From Candidatus Kapaibacterium sp. (GTDB taxonomy: Bacteria; Bacteroidota; Ignavibacteria; Kapaibacteriales; Kapaibacteriaceae): DNA of 35,976 bases. The stretch spans positions 1-35,976 of the forward strand of contig JAURNF010000012.1 in assembly GCA_030830285.1 (NCBI GenBank). The letters run 5' to 3'. Made by a program: the position numbers and the translations under genes. Positions 1 through 8,840 of the stretch are shown here, one piece after another. Each line of letters begins with the position of its first letter. Within the stretch, counting starts at the first letter, position 1. Under the pieces are notes generated by a model that saw only the letters and a list, made by a program, of their open reading frames with translations, had not been told where the DNA came from and made no database searches.

Positions 1-1329
1 GAACTCTTGCACACGTTCGAGCGTGGTCGCTCCGATTCCGCGCGTTGGCTCGTTGATGATGCGAAGAATACTCTCTGTGTCGTTTGGGTTGACCAAGAGC
101 CGCAGATACGCAAGTACGTCCTTGACTTCCTTGCGCTTGTAGAAGCTTACTCCACTTACGATGTGGTATGGAGTGTTCGAGCGGCGCAGCGCATCTTCCA
201 ATGCCTGCGATTGCGCATTCGTCCGGTAGAGGATGGCAACGTCCTTGTGTGAATACCCGTACTTGGCCACACGTGCTGCAATCGCGCGTGCGATCATGTC
301 GGCCTCTTCCCGGTCGTCGCGACATGCCAGCACGGTGATCTTCTCACCTTCTGGGTTGTCGGTGAACAACGTCTTCTTCAACTGCGTCGTGTTGCGCTTG
401 ATCACACTGTCGGCGGCAGCAAGAATTGTCTTCGTCGATCGATAATTCTGCTCGAGTCGAACAACCGTCGCTTCGGGATAGTCGCGCTCGAAATCGAGAA
501 TGTTGCGGATATCAGCGCCACGCCAACGGTAAATGCTCTGCGCATCATCACCCACCACGCAGATGTTGCGGTACTTCTGCGCGAGCATGCGCACAACGTG
601 ATACTGCGCACGGTTGGTATCCTGATACTCGTCAACCATGAGATAGCGGAACCGATCCTGGAGCAACTCAAGAACATCGGGATGATGCTCGAGCAACTTG
701 ATGGTGTTCAAGAGCAAGTCATCGAAGTCCATCGCATTCGACTGCGTAAGACGCTTCTCGTATTCCTCAAAGATCTGTCCTGTCTGCTTCTCAGCAATTG
801 AGTCGGCATTGCGCGAGTATTCTTGCCACGAAATCATCGAGTTCTTCGCACCCGATATCCGCGAGCGCACGCCATTGGGAGGCAGCACTTGTTGCGACAC
901 GCCAAGCTGATTCATCACGGCCTTGATCGCCGCCGTTTGATCGTCGGTGTCGTAGATGGTAAACGATGAAGTGTACCCGATACGATCGGCATACTGCCGC
1001 AGAATACGCGCAAACATGGAGTGGAACGTGCCAGCCCAGATGCCGCGAGCTGTGCTTGAGCCAACGAGATGTGCAATCCGCTCCTTCATCTCTTGCGCAG
1101 CCTTATTGGTAAAGGTCAGCGCTAGGACGTGGTTCGGGTTAACACCGGAACGCAGCAGATAGGCAATGCGAAATGTGAGTACGCGCGTCTTTCCGCTACC
1201 AGCTCCGGCAATGATCAGTACCGGACCCTCTGTGGTGCGAACAGCTTGTGCTTGCGATGGATTGAGACCATTGAGGAGTTCACCTGCAGGTGACGAACCA
1301 TCACCCATCGGTGTAAGAGAAAGGGTCAT
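1..1329 (-). CDS. uvrD: UvrD/PcrA family ATP-dependent DNA helicase (3' end runs off the window)
   Basis: Not in the ORF track. My translation of the minus strand from ATG 1329 gives LNPSQAQAV..LIIAGAGSGKTRVLT (motif I), LALTFTNKAAQEMKERI (Ia), YLMVDEYQDTN (II), VVGDDAQSIYRWRGA (III), LEQNYRST (IV) and AILYRTNAQ. The frame is open to position 1. ATGA overlap with the upstream gene. Confidence 0.96.
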   Translation of the reverse strand, partial: MTLSLTPMGDGSSPAGELLNGLNPSQAQAVRTTEGPVLIIAGAGSGKTRVLTFRIAYLLRSGVNPNHVLALTFTNKAAQEMKERIAHLVGSSTARGIWAGTFHSMFARILRQYADRIGYTSSFTIYDTDDQTAAIKAVMNQLGVSQQVLPPNGVRSRISGAKNSMISWQEYSRNADSIAEKQTGQIFEEYEKRLTQSNAMDFDDLLLNTIKLLEHHPDVLELLQDRFRYLMVDEYQDTNRAQYHVVRMLAQKYRNICVVGDDAQSIYRWRGADIRNILDFERDYPEATVVRLEQNYRSTKTILAAADSVIKRNTTQLKKTLFTDNPEGEKITVLACRDDREEADMIARAIAARVAKYGYSHKDVAILYRTNAQSQALEDALRRSNTPYHIVSGVSFYKRKEVKDVLAYLRLLVNPNDTESILRIINEPTRGIGATTLERVQEF

Positions 1330-1559
1330 TCGCCCTCTCCACCAGATCCCGACTTCTTCACGTAGTCGGTGAGGTAGAACCCGCCACCTTTGTAGAGCAC
1401 ACCACCACCACCACTAATGCGACGCTCCACAACGCCATGTCCGGGATCGGCTTGTGTACACACATCCAGCGGACACGTCGTGAGGGGCGCGTCCTTCATT
1501 GCTTGAAACACTTCAAAGGTTGCACCACACGTGGTGCATGCATAGTCATAGGTTGGCAT
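1326..1559 (-). CDS. FmdB family zinc-ribbon protein (putative regulator)
   Basis: MPTYDYACTTCG..FEVFQ.M.D..LTTCPLDVC..VERRISGGGGVLYKGGGFYLTDY matches the FmdB-family pattern (MPxYxYxC..CG; GxGFYxTDY). Confidence 0.9.
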   Translation of the reverse strand: MPTYDYACTTCGATFEVFQAMKDAPLTTCPLDVCTQADPGHGVVERRISGGGGVLYKGGGFYLTDYVKKSGSGGEGE

Positions 1560-1573
1560 CGTCGAGCGATTCC

Positions 1574-2584
1574 TTACAATTCAACGAATCCGGTTTTCTT
1601 GTACACCTTGCGCAGTGTTTTGCGCGCGCGATCACGCGCATGCTCGCCACCGCGACGAAGTGTTGCCTTGAGCGTGTCCTCGTCTGCACGGATGGCCTCG
1701 TAGCGCGAACGAACAGGAGCAATAAACGAAACGATTGCCTCGCCAACTGCCTCCTTGAACTCCGCATACCCAAGCCCGGCAAACTCCTGTTCGATCTCAG
1801 CGATCGACGCACCGGTTGTGATATGATACAACGTCATCAAGTTTGCAACGCCTGCGCGTCGCTCAGCATCAAAACGAATGTCAGTGCCGCTATCGGTTAC
1901 CGCACGCTTGATCTTCGCACGAATCTCCGCATCTGAATCTGTCAGGAAGATGGTTGCCTTTTCGTTGACATCCGACTTCGACATTTTCTTCTCGGGCTCC
2001 TGGAGCGACATGATCTTGGCACCAACCTTTGGGATGTAGGGCTCAGGCACCGTAAACGTCGGCGAATAATGGAAGTTGAACCGCTCGGCTAGATTGCGCG
2101 TGAGTTCAAGGTGCTGACGTTGATCTTCACCCACTGGTACGAGATCGGCATTGTACAGAAGGATGTCTGCCGCCATCAACACGGGGTACGTGAACAATCC
2201 CACATTCACGTTGTCAGCATGCTGCGCGCTCTTGTCCTTGAACTGCGTCATGCGCGAAACTTCTCCGAATCCCGCGAGACACTCCAGCACCCACGCAAGT
2301 TGGGTGTGCTCGGGCACTGATGACTGCACGAAGAGCGTCGAAACCTCTGGATCAATCCCTGCTGCCATGTACATCGCAGCTACGTCAAGCGTGCGCTTGC
2401 GCAGCTTGGCTGGTTCTTGACGCACAGTGATTGCATGTTGATCAACAACACAGAACAACGAATCGTACTGATGCTGCAGCTCCACCCAATTGCGGAGCGC
2501 CCCACAGTACTGTCCGATGGTGAGGTTGTTTGTCGGCTGCATGCCCGACAGGATAATCTTGCGAGGTTGTGCGGTAGGTTCCAT
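1574..2584 (-). CDS. trpS: Tryptophan--tRNA ligase
   Basis: SGMQPT..TIGQY.GA (HIGH-like), VDQHAIT, YPVLMAADIL, VPVGEDQRQHLE and KMSKS. Start moved to ATG 2584 (MEPTAQPRK), which lies 8 nt after a promoter-like box. Confidence 0.97.
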   Translation of the reverse strand: MEPTAQPRKIILSGMQPTNNLTIGQYCGALRNWVELQHQYDSLFCVVDQHAITVRQEPAKLRKRTLDVAAMYMAAGIDPEVSTLFVQSSVPEHTQLAWVLECLAGFGEVSRMTQFKDKSAQHADNVNVGLFTYPVLMAADILLYNADLVPVGEDQRQHLELTRNLAERFNFHYSPTFTVPEPYIPKVGAKIMSLQEPEKKMSKSDVNEKATIFLTDSDAEIRAKIKRAVTDSGTDIRFDAERRAGVANLMTLYHITTGASIAEIEQEFAGLGYAEFKEAVGEAIVSFIAPVRSRYEAIRADEDTLKATLRRGGEHARDRARKTLRKVYKKTGFVEL

Positions 2585-2592
2585 ACGTGAAG

Positions 2593-2600
2593 CAAAAATA
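2593..2600 (-). promoter_or_regulatory. Bacteroidota-type -7 promoter box TATTTTTG for trpS
   Basis: TAnnTTTG match ending 8 nt before ATG 2584. Confidence 0.65.
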
Positions 2601-2622
2601 CCGAGTGCATGTCGGAATGACG

Positions 2623-2630
2623 CATTTTTG
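2623..2630 (+). promoter_or_regulatory. Degenerate -7 box CATTTTTG
   Basis: One mismatch to TAnnTTTG, 4 nt before ATG 2635. Confidence 0.45.
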
Positions 2631-2634
2631 CAGC

Positions 2635-3195
2635 ATGATGTTGATACTTCGTTCCATCCTGCTCTTGGCCACAGCCGCAGCATTCGCTTCGCAGGCAGCA
2701 ATTGCCCAGGATGAACTTGACGGTACTGGTGGTCAGACCACCTCGTTCACAACAATCTCGATCATGCGGACGTGGACTCCTCAAGAGCGGGATTTCCCGA
2801 ATGGCGGGTTCAATTTGATGTCGTCGTTTGCTACTGATGACGATCGTCGTTGGTGGTTCGGCGTTGGGTTTCGTGCCATGGGCGTGTGGGAACGTGACGT
2901 CCTGGCGCTCACACTTGGTCCAACGTGGTGGTTCGCTGGCGACCAGAAGCTCGGTGCATTTGCATTTGCCCAAGCTGGACTTGGCATGGGCTCGACACGC
3001 GGCATCACGGGGTTCGATGTGTTTTCCGATCCGACACTGACGTTTGGTCTTGCCTCGGTTATCGGCGTTGCCGGCACGTGGCAAGTAGGACGCTGGGTAA
3101 ACCTACATGGTATGATTATTGGTTCGCATTACTCCAACGAGGGCGGACGCACGCCGTATGGCGTGTTGGTCGGACTTACCTTCGGCGGACGGTGA
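2635..3195 (+). CDS. Hypothetical exported protein, probable small outer-membrane beta-barrel
   Basis: Signal peptide MMLILRSILLLATAAAFASQAAIA, alternating aromatic/Gly beta strands (WWFGVGFRA, FAFAQAGLGMG), and C-terminal YGVLVGLTF. Start chosen at ATG 2635. Confidence 0.65.
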   Translation: MMLILRSILLLATAAAFASQAAIAQDELDGTGGQTTSFTTISIMRTWTPQERDFPNGGFNLMSSFATDDDRRWWFGVGFRAMGVWERDVLALTLGPTWWFAGDQKLGAFAFAQAGLGMGSTRGITGFDVFSDPTLTFGLASVIGVAGTWQVGRWVNLHGMIIGSHYSNEGGRTPYGVLVGLTFGGR

Positions 3196-3229
3196 TGAAT
3201 CTCTTCAACTTGCTTCTTCACGGTGCATC

Positions 3230-3886
3230 ATGATTCAACTGGCTCCTTCACTGCTCTCCTGCGACCTTCTCCACATGGGCGATGCAATTCGCGCATGCGA
3301 GGCAGGGGGCGCCGATCTGCTGCATTACGATGTGATGGACGGACACTTCGTGCCACCAATCACATATGGTCCAGACTTCGTACGTGCGATCAAACGCACA
3401 AGCAAGCTCCCTGTTGATGTACACTTGATGGTGACAAATCCGGATCACCAGGTCGAGCAGTTCGCCGAAGCTGGGGCCGACTGGATCAGCGTTCATGCAG
3501 AAGCAACGATCCATGCACACCGCACGCTTCAGCGAATCAAGGCACTTGGCAAGCGAGCTGGCTTTGTCCTTAACCCAGCCACACCTCTTGAATACGCCTT
3601 CGAAGCCGCTGGCGAAGCCGATTTCATCTTGTTGATGAGTGTTAACCCAGGGTATGGCGGACAGAAGTTCATCGAGTCATTCCTTCCCCGCTGCGAGCGC
3701 CTTCGCTCGTGGCTCGATACTCGTGGGTGCTCCCACGTGGAGATCGAAGTTGATGGTGGCATCAAGATCGACAATGCACGTCGTGCTGCAGATGCCGGTG
3801 CTTCGATTCTGATTTCGGGAAGCGGTGTGTTCTCAGGTTCCGTCGTTGACAATCTCAAGGCTATGCGCGAAGCTGTCGCTCGTTAA
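3230..3886 (+). CDS. rpe: Ribulose-phosphate 3-epimerase
   Basis: LAPSLLSCD, HYDVMDGHFVP, DVHLMV, LMSVNPGYGGQKF and IEVDGGI. Start at ATG 3230 (MIQLAPS). Confidence 0.97.
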   Translation: MIQLAPSLLSCDLLHMGDAIRACEAGGADLLHYDVMDGHFVPPITYGPDFVRAIKRTSKLPVDVHLMVTNPDHQVEQFAEAGADWISVHAEATIHAHRTLQRIKALGKRAGFVLNPATPLEYAFEAAGEADFILLMSVNPGYGGQKFIESFLPRCERLRSWLDTRGCSHVEIEVDGGIKIDNARRAADAGASILISGSGVFSGSVVDNLKAMREAVAR

Positions 3887-4698
3887 CCTCCGAGCACACT
3901 CTCCATTTCGGCACGCGTGGCAGCATCCCAATTTGCTCCCACAACGTCGAGCAATGCTCGCGAGAGATGGCAATACAACTGTCGGTCGGACGCAGGGATT
4001 GATTCTAACTGACGTCGCACAGCGTCGATGTCACCTCGCATCAGCGGACCGGTGATAGCAAACGCCGTGTTGTCGGCAATGGCAGTCGAAGCGTTCTGCA
4101 ATGTCCGCTGCATGATCGGCACAAGGAAGACATCAGCAGGGATGTCGGCCGAAGCAGCAAGACGTCGCGCAAGCTCGTATGCCGCATAGGTAAAGTTCGA
4201 TGCTGCAACTGCTGCTGCGTGATAGCGTCGTTTACGCTCATGCGTCATGTCTGTGAAGCGCCACGGAACACCGCCAAGCGACGCAATCAGGTCTCGCACA
4301 CTTCCCCACGCTGCATCATCTGCCTCAACGCCCCACCCAATGCCGTCGAGCGCCGTTGGATCGCTCGAGCCAAATGTCTGGAACGGATGTGCGGCTGCGC
4401 ATCGCGCACCACATGCGCGCAAGGGTGCCAACGCCTCGACACCGAGTGATCCATTCACGTGCATCACTACAACGTCATGCAATGCACTTGCCTTTGCGCG
4501 AGCAATCTCGGCGACAACGTCAGGCAACACATCATCCTTTGTTGCAATCACCACAACATCACCCAACGGCGTGGCATGCTCACACCATCCTGGAAACGAG
4601 GCACGATCGATAGCAACAACGCTGTGTACAACCGCAATGGCGCGCTGCTCAAGTGCACCACCTACGCGACCACGTCCGATGATGGTAATGGAGTGCAT
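3883..4698 (-). CDS. Rossmann-like/DUF2520 domain oxidoreductase (PanG-like family)
   Basis: IIGRGRVGGAL (GxGxxG), VMHVNGS, AAHPFQTF, YHAAAVAASNF and ITGPLMRGD are characteristic of DUF2520 proteins. Confidence 0.85.
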   Translation of the reverse strand: MHSITIIGRGRVGGALEQRAIAVVHSVVAIDRASFPGWCEHATPLGDVVVIATKDDVLPDVVAEIARAKASALHDVVVMHVNGSLGVEALAPLRACGARCAAAHPFQTFGSSDPTALDGIGWGVEADDAAWGSVRDLIASLGGVPWRFTDMTHERKRRYHAAAVAASNFTYAAYELARRLAASADIPADVFLVPIMQRTLQNASTAIADNTAFAITGPLMRGDIDAVRRQLESIPASDRQLYCHLSRALLDVVGANWDAATRAEMESVLGG

Positions 4699-6158
4699 TA
4701 CTTCGCAGACTCAAGTGTGTAGCCATCCTTGCCGTCTTTCATCGTCCATCCGCTGGCACTCAGCATGTCACGCAGACGATCACTCTCTGACCAGTTCTTT
4801 GCTGCTCGTGCAGCCCAGCGTTCTTCTGCGAGCGCACGTATGTCATCAGGCACAACAAGTGTTGGACGTTCTTCAATTGCGATAACGGCGAACACCTCGT
4901 TGACAACACGCAATGCGTCCACAACCGATGCTGCATCTGCTGGGGTGAGTGCGCGCGCAGGGTGTTCGTTCATAAACACAAACAACGCAGCAAGTGCACG
5001 AGGTGTGTGCACGTCGTCAGCGAGCGCCTGACCAACAGTGTCGATCAGCTGCTGGCCAACCCCGTCTGATGCTGAAGCGTGCAACGAACCAGCTACATCG
5101 ACAACATCATACACATAGTCCTGCACCTTTGCACGCGCAGTGCGTGCGGCAGTTACTCCGTCGAACGTGAAGTTGAACACGGCCCGATAGTGTGCTTGCA
5201 GCATGGCAAAGCGCACGTCGATTGGTTCGATGCCGCGTGCGATCAGATCGCGCATCGTGTAGAAGTTGCCGAGTGACTTCGACATCTTCTTGCCTTCGAC
5301 TTCGAGGAACTCGTTGTGCATCCAGAAAGATGCTTGGTCATGCACATGATATCCAGCAGTGCACTGCGCGAGTTCATCCTCGTGATGCGGGAATCGCAAA
5401 TCGACGCCGCCCGTATGAATATCGAACGGCAGTCCGAGCAGGTTCTGCGACATCGCCGAACATTCGATGTGCCATCCCGGACGTCCAGGAACATTCTGTC
5501 CGTCGATCTCGAAGTCCCATGATGGTTCGCCGTCTTTGCGCCCCTTCCAGAGCACGAAGTCACTCACTGACTCACGATCGTACTCGTCAGCATCGATGCG
5601 AACACCTTCGCGGAAGTTCTGCGTATCGATCGCAAACAAGCGTCCGTATGTGTGGTTTGCGGAGTACGCCGCCACATTGAAGTACACCGAACCATCGCTC
5701 ACGTAGGCATAGCCTGCGGCGAGGATGTCGCGCGTGAGCTCCTGCATCTGTGTGATGTAGTCCGTCGCACGCGGATTCGTCATGCGATCAACTTCAATAC
5801 CAAAGGTCTGCAGGTCGGCGAGGAACTCGCGTGTGAAGAACGATGTGAAACGACGGAGATTCTCCATCGGATCTGACGTCTGTTCGCCCATTTCTGCGCG
5901 CCACCGGGTAGACCCAACCGAACTGTCGCGAATCGTTTTATCGTCGATGTCGGTCACGTTCATCACCCAACGGACTGGGTAGCCCCCTATCACGCGCAAG
6001 GTGCGCTGCAAGACATCCGGGAAGAGGAATGCACGCATGTTCCCGATATGCGCCACATCATACACGGTGGGTCCGCATGAATACATGCGTACTCCATCGT
6101 CGCGAAGCGGAGCAAAGGGATCAATCGACTTGGTGAGGGTGTTGTACAGACGAATCAT
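4698..6158 (-). CDS. cysS: Cysteine--tRNA ligase
   Basis: MYSCGPTVYD.AHIGN, NVTDIDDK, DFVLWK, GRPGWHIECSAM, DIHTGGVDLRFPHHEDE and KMSKSLGN. Start at ATG 6158 (MIRLYNTLT). Confidence 0.98.
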   Translation of the reverse strand: MIRLYNTLTKSIDPFAPLRDDGVRMYSCGPTVYDVAHIGNMRAFLFPDVLQRTLRVIGGYPVRWVMNVTDIDDKTIRDSSVGSTRWRAEMGEQTSDPMENLRRFTSFFTREFLADLQTFGIEVDRMTNPRATDYITQMQELTRDILAAGYAYVSDGSVYFNVAAYSANHTYGRLFAIDTQNFREGVRIDADEYDRESVSDFVLWKGRKDGEPSWDFEIDGQNVPGRPGWHIECSAMSQNLLGLPFDIHTGGVDLRFPHHEDELAQCTAGYHVHDQASFWMHNEFLEVEGKKMSKSLGNFYTMRDLIARGIEPIDVRFAMLQAHYRAVFNFTFDGVTAARTARAKVQDYVYDVVDVAGSLHASASDGVGQQLIDTVGQALADDVHTPRALAALFVFMNEHPARALTPADAASVVDALRVVNEVFAVIAIEERPTLVVPDDIRALAEERWAARAAKNWSESDRLRDMLSASGWTMKDGKDGYTLESAK

Positions 6159-6161
6159 GTA

Positions 6162-6169
6162 CAAAAGTA
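6162..6169 (-). promoter_or_regulatory. -7 promoter box TACTTTTG for cysS
   Basis: TAnnTTTG match ending 3 nt before ATG 6158, inside the 27-bp hutI-cysS gap. Confidence 0.7.
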
Positions 6170-6185
6170 CCACTGCAGTGGGCTA

Positions 6186-7424
6186 TCAGACTACTTCGTT
6201 GCCGCCAACAAACACGCTCCAGACGTGATTTACGCCATAATGATAGACGATGTCCTTGTACGACGGGACGTCGTACACGACGATGTCGGCCCACTTGCCT
6301 ACCTCGAGCGAACCAAGGTGTGCTGCAAGATTGAGGGCGCGTGCGCCATGCAACGTTGACGCGACGAGCGCCTCTTCGACACTCATGCGCATGTTTCTAC
6401 ATGCGAGCGAGAGCATCATCTGCATGTTCTCTGAGAAGCTCGAGCCAGGATTGCAATCGGTGGCAATACACACCACAGCTCCGGTATCAATCATCGTTCG
6501 AGCATCGGAGAACGGCAGTCCAAGCGTGTAGGCAGTGCCAGGCAGGAGTGTACACACAACGCCCGCATCACGCAATGCAGCAATCTCCGCAGCTGTGCTG
6601 TGTTCGAGATGATCAGCACTGATTGCACCAACACGCGCAGCCATCTGCGAAGCACCAACGAGTGCAATTTCATCGGCGTGGATCTTCGGACGAAGTCCGT
6701 GCGCGATTCCTGCACGCAGAATTCGCTCACCCTGCTCTGCGGTAAAGAAGCCTGCATCAACAAAGACGTCACAAAACGAAGCGATGCCCTGTTCGGCAAC
6801 GCGTGGGAGCATGTCGTTGATCACCAGATCAACGTAGCCTTCGGGATCGTGCTTCCATTCGGGAGGCACGGCGTGTGCACCAAGAAACGTACCGAGCACC
6901 CGCGCTTCGTGTCCGCGCTGCAACTCACCGACTGCTTCCAGCAGACGCAGCTCGCTGTTAGTATCGAGTCCGTAACCGCTCTTGATTTCCGCCGTTGTTG
7001 TGCCGTGATTCAGCGCCGATGTAAGCAATGCATCGCCAACATCGAGCAGTGATTCGACATCTGCTTCGCGCACAGCACGCATGGTGGTAAGGATGCCGCC
7101 GCCTTCAGCTGCTATCTCAGCATACGTTGCTCCAGCGAGACGTCGAGCAAACTCGTGCGAGCGAGAGCCCGCAAACACCATATGCGTGTGTGAGTCAACA
7201 AACCCTGGCAGCACTGTCTTGCCTGAGCAATCGATCACCTCTGTGTCATCTGTGATGTGCTGATCCACCTCGCTCGACGGACCAATCCAGCGGATCACAT
7301 CGTCGAAGATGATTGCACCATTATGAATCTCACCAATGTCACGCATCGCAGCACCGATTTTCTCGGTGGCTCCGTGCGCATTGATCGTGACGAGTGAATC
7401 AACGTTGACAAGTGCCGTACTCAT
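6186..7424 (-). CDS. hutI: Imidazolonepropionase
   Basis: PGFVDSHTHMVFAG.R..EF, GGGILTT, EIKSGYGL, TFLGAHAVP, KIHADE, SADHLE and ATDCNPGS. Confidence 0.95.
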   Translation of the reverse strand: MSTALVNVDSLVTINAHGATEKIGAAMRDIGEIHNGAIIFDDVIRWIGPSSEVDQHITDDTEVIDCSGKTVLPGFVDSHTHMVFAGSRSHEFARRLAGATYAEIAAEGGGILTTMRAVREADVESLLDVGDALLTSALNHGTTTAEIKSGYGLDTNSELRLLEAVGELQRGHEARVLGTFLGAHAVPPEWKHDPEGYVDLVINDMLPRVAEQGIASFCDVFVDAGFFTAEQGERILRAGIAHGLRPKIHADEIALVGASQMAARVGAISADHLEHSTAAEIAALRDAGVVCTLLPGTAYTLGLPFSDARTMIDTGAVVCIATDCNPGSSFSENMQMMLSLACRNMRMSVEEALVASTLHGARALNLAAHLGSLEVGKWADIVVYDVPSYKDIVYHYGVNHVWSVFVGGNEVV

Positions 7425-7774
7425 GCTTGCAATTCCTCAGTATCGCCATGCGATTCATTACGCGCTGCGCGAGTGTGCTCGGCACGCGTGCGTGCCTTTG
7501 CGAGCTGTCGCTCCATGACAAGGTCTGCCAGCTGATCGGGCACATCCGGTGGGAGCGATGTAGCGAAGATCGACGAGACCAGCGGCTCTGGGACGTCGAT
7601 GCGATAGAGAATCGCCATCAGCTTTTCAGGGTTACGTGTGAGCAGTTCGATGATACGATTGAGCACCTGCTCGCGAATACGTTGATACGCATCTTGCTCA
7701 TCGATGTCGAGATCGAACGCACGAGCAATGATCGCAGACGCGCTACGCTGGATATCGTCCTCAGAGGATGTCAT
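7421..7774 (-). CDS. Conserved hypothetical helical protein
   Basis: Overlaps both neighbours (14 nt with manC, ATGA with hutI). Carries an ILYRIDVPE..ERQLAK.R pattern that I recall from small Bacteroidota hypotheticals. Start uncertain (ATG 7774 or GTG 7789). Confidence 0.7.
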   Translation of the reverse strand: MTSSEDDIQRSASAIIARAFDLDIDEQDAYQRIREQVLNRIIELLTRNPEKLMAILYRIDVPEPLVSSIFATSLPPDVPDQLADLVMERQLAKARTRAEHTRAARNESHGDTEELQA

Positions 7775-8840
7775 GACGATCCTGTGCACGCAGCGTAGTA
7801 ACGATGCGCTTCACGTCTTGCGCGCGATCTTTCGGACACACCATCGTAGCATCAGGAGTCACGACAACCACCGTGTCGCGCAGCCCCACGGTTGTTACCG
7901 TGTGCGCGCTTCCGTGTGCATTGACAATGATCGAACCTTCGGTGTCAACAACAGTAACCACGCCGTCGACCACGTTCTGTGCGTTGTCGAGCGGGCGCAT
8001 TCGTTCGAGCGCATCCCATGAACCAACGTCATCCCACGGGAACGTCGCTGGTACCACATGCACGTTGGTTGAGCGCTCCATCACGCCGTAATCGATCGAA
8101 ATGTCTGGCAGTGCGTGGAACATCTCCGACATATGCCCTGCATCGTTAGCCGCAAGGTCAGCGGTTAGCCCATCAATTGCATTGCCAACATCGGGCAACA
8201 CGTTCAGCATTGCAGAGCGAAGCGCCTCGGTGCGCCAGAAGAACATCCCGCTGTTCCACACATAACGTCCGCTGCGCACATACTCAAGGGCTGTGCTCAA
8301 ATCCGGCTTTTCTTTGAACTCAACAACATGCGACACACCAGAGACAACCGTTGGCTCGCCAACATGGATATACCCATACCCCGTCTCTGGTCGTGTCGGT
8401 GGAATACCAATCGTCACCAGCGCGTCATACGTTGATGCGAAGGTCAACGCACGCGACACATCAGCACGAAACGCATCGGCATTCCCAATGAAATGGTCTG
8501 CAGTTAATACCGCCATCAACGCGTCGTTGCCGTTCTCACGCGCACGAATCACGCTGCATGCGAGCGCCAAGCAAGGTGCAGTGTTTCGCTTTGCTGGTTC
8601 AGCAATCACATTCTCGCACGGAATTCCCGGCAGCGCGTCAATCAATGGCTGTTGGAGTACTTCGCTTGTGATGATGAGGATGCGCTCATGCGGAATCAGT
8701 GGTGCGATGCGATCAATCGCTTCTTCAATCATCATCGAAGACGATGTCAGCGCAAGAAGTTGCTTTGGCTTGCGCATCCTGGACACCGGCCAGAAGCGCT
8801 CACCAGAGCCGCCCGCCATGATCACGACGTAGGAATTCAT
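7761..8840 (-). CDS. manC: Mannose-1-phosphate guanylyltransferase
   Basis: VIMAGGSGERFWPVSR..KPKQLL, EPAKRNTAP, ADHFI, PETGYGYI, FKEKP, WNSGMF, SIDYGVME and WDDVGSW. No C-terminal isomerase domain. Confidence 0.95.
   Translation of the reverse strand: MNSYVVIMAGGSGERFWPVSRMRKPKQLLALTSSSMMIEEAIDRIAPLIPHERILIITSEVLQQPLIDALPGIPCENVIAEPAKRNTAPCLALACSVIRARENGNDALMAVLTADHFIGNADAFRADVSRALTFASTYDALVTIGIPPTRPETGYGYIHVGEPTVVSGVSHVVEFKEKPDLSTALEYVRSGRYVWNSGMFFWRTEALRSAMLNVLPDVGNAIDGLTADLAANDAGHMSEMFHALPDISIDYGVMERSTNVHVVPATFPWDDVGSWDALERMRPLDNAQNVVDGVVTVVDTEGSIIVNAHGSAHTVTTVGLRDTVVVVTPDATMVCPKDRAQDVKRIVTTLRAQDRHDIL

Noticed and set aside
1400-1413. (CCA)n microsatellite
   Set aside because: It simply encodes the GGGG run of the FmdB protein.
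3883-3886. Shared TTAA stop overlap of convergent rpe and DUF2520 genes
   Set aside because: A common arrangement in compact genomes with no further signal.
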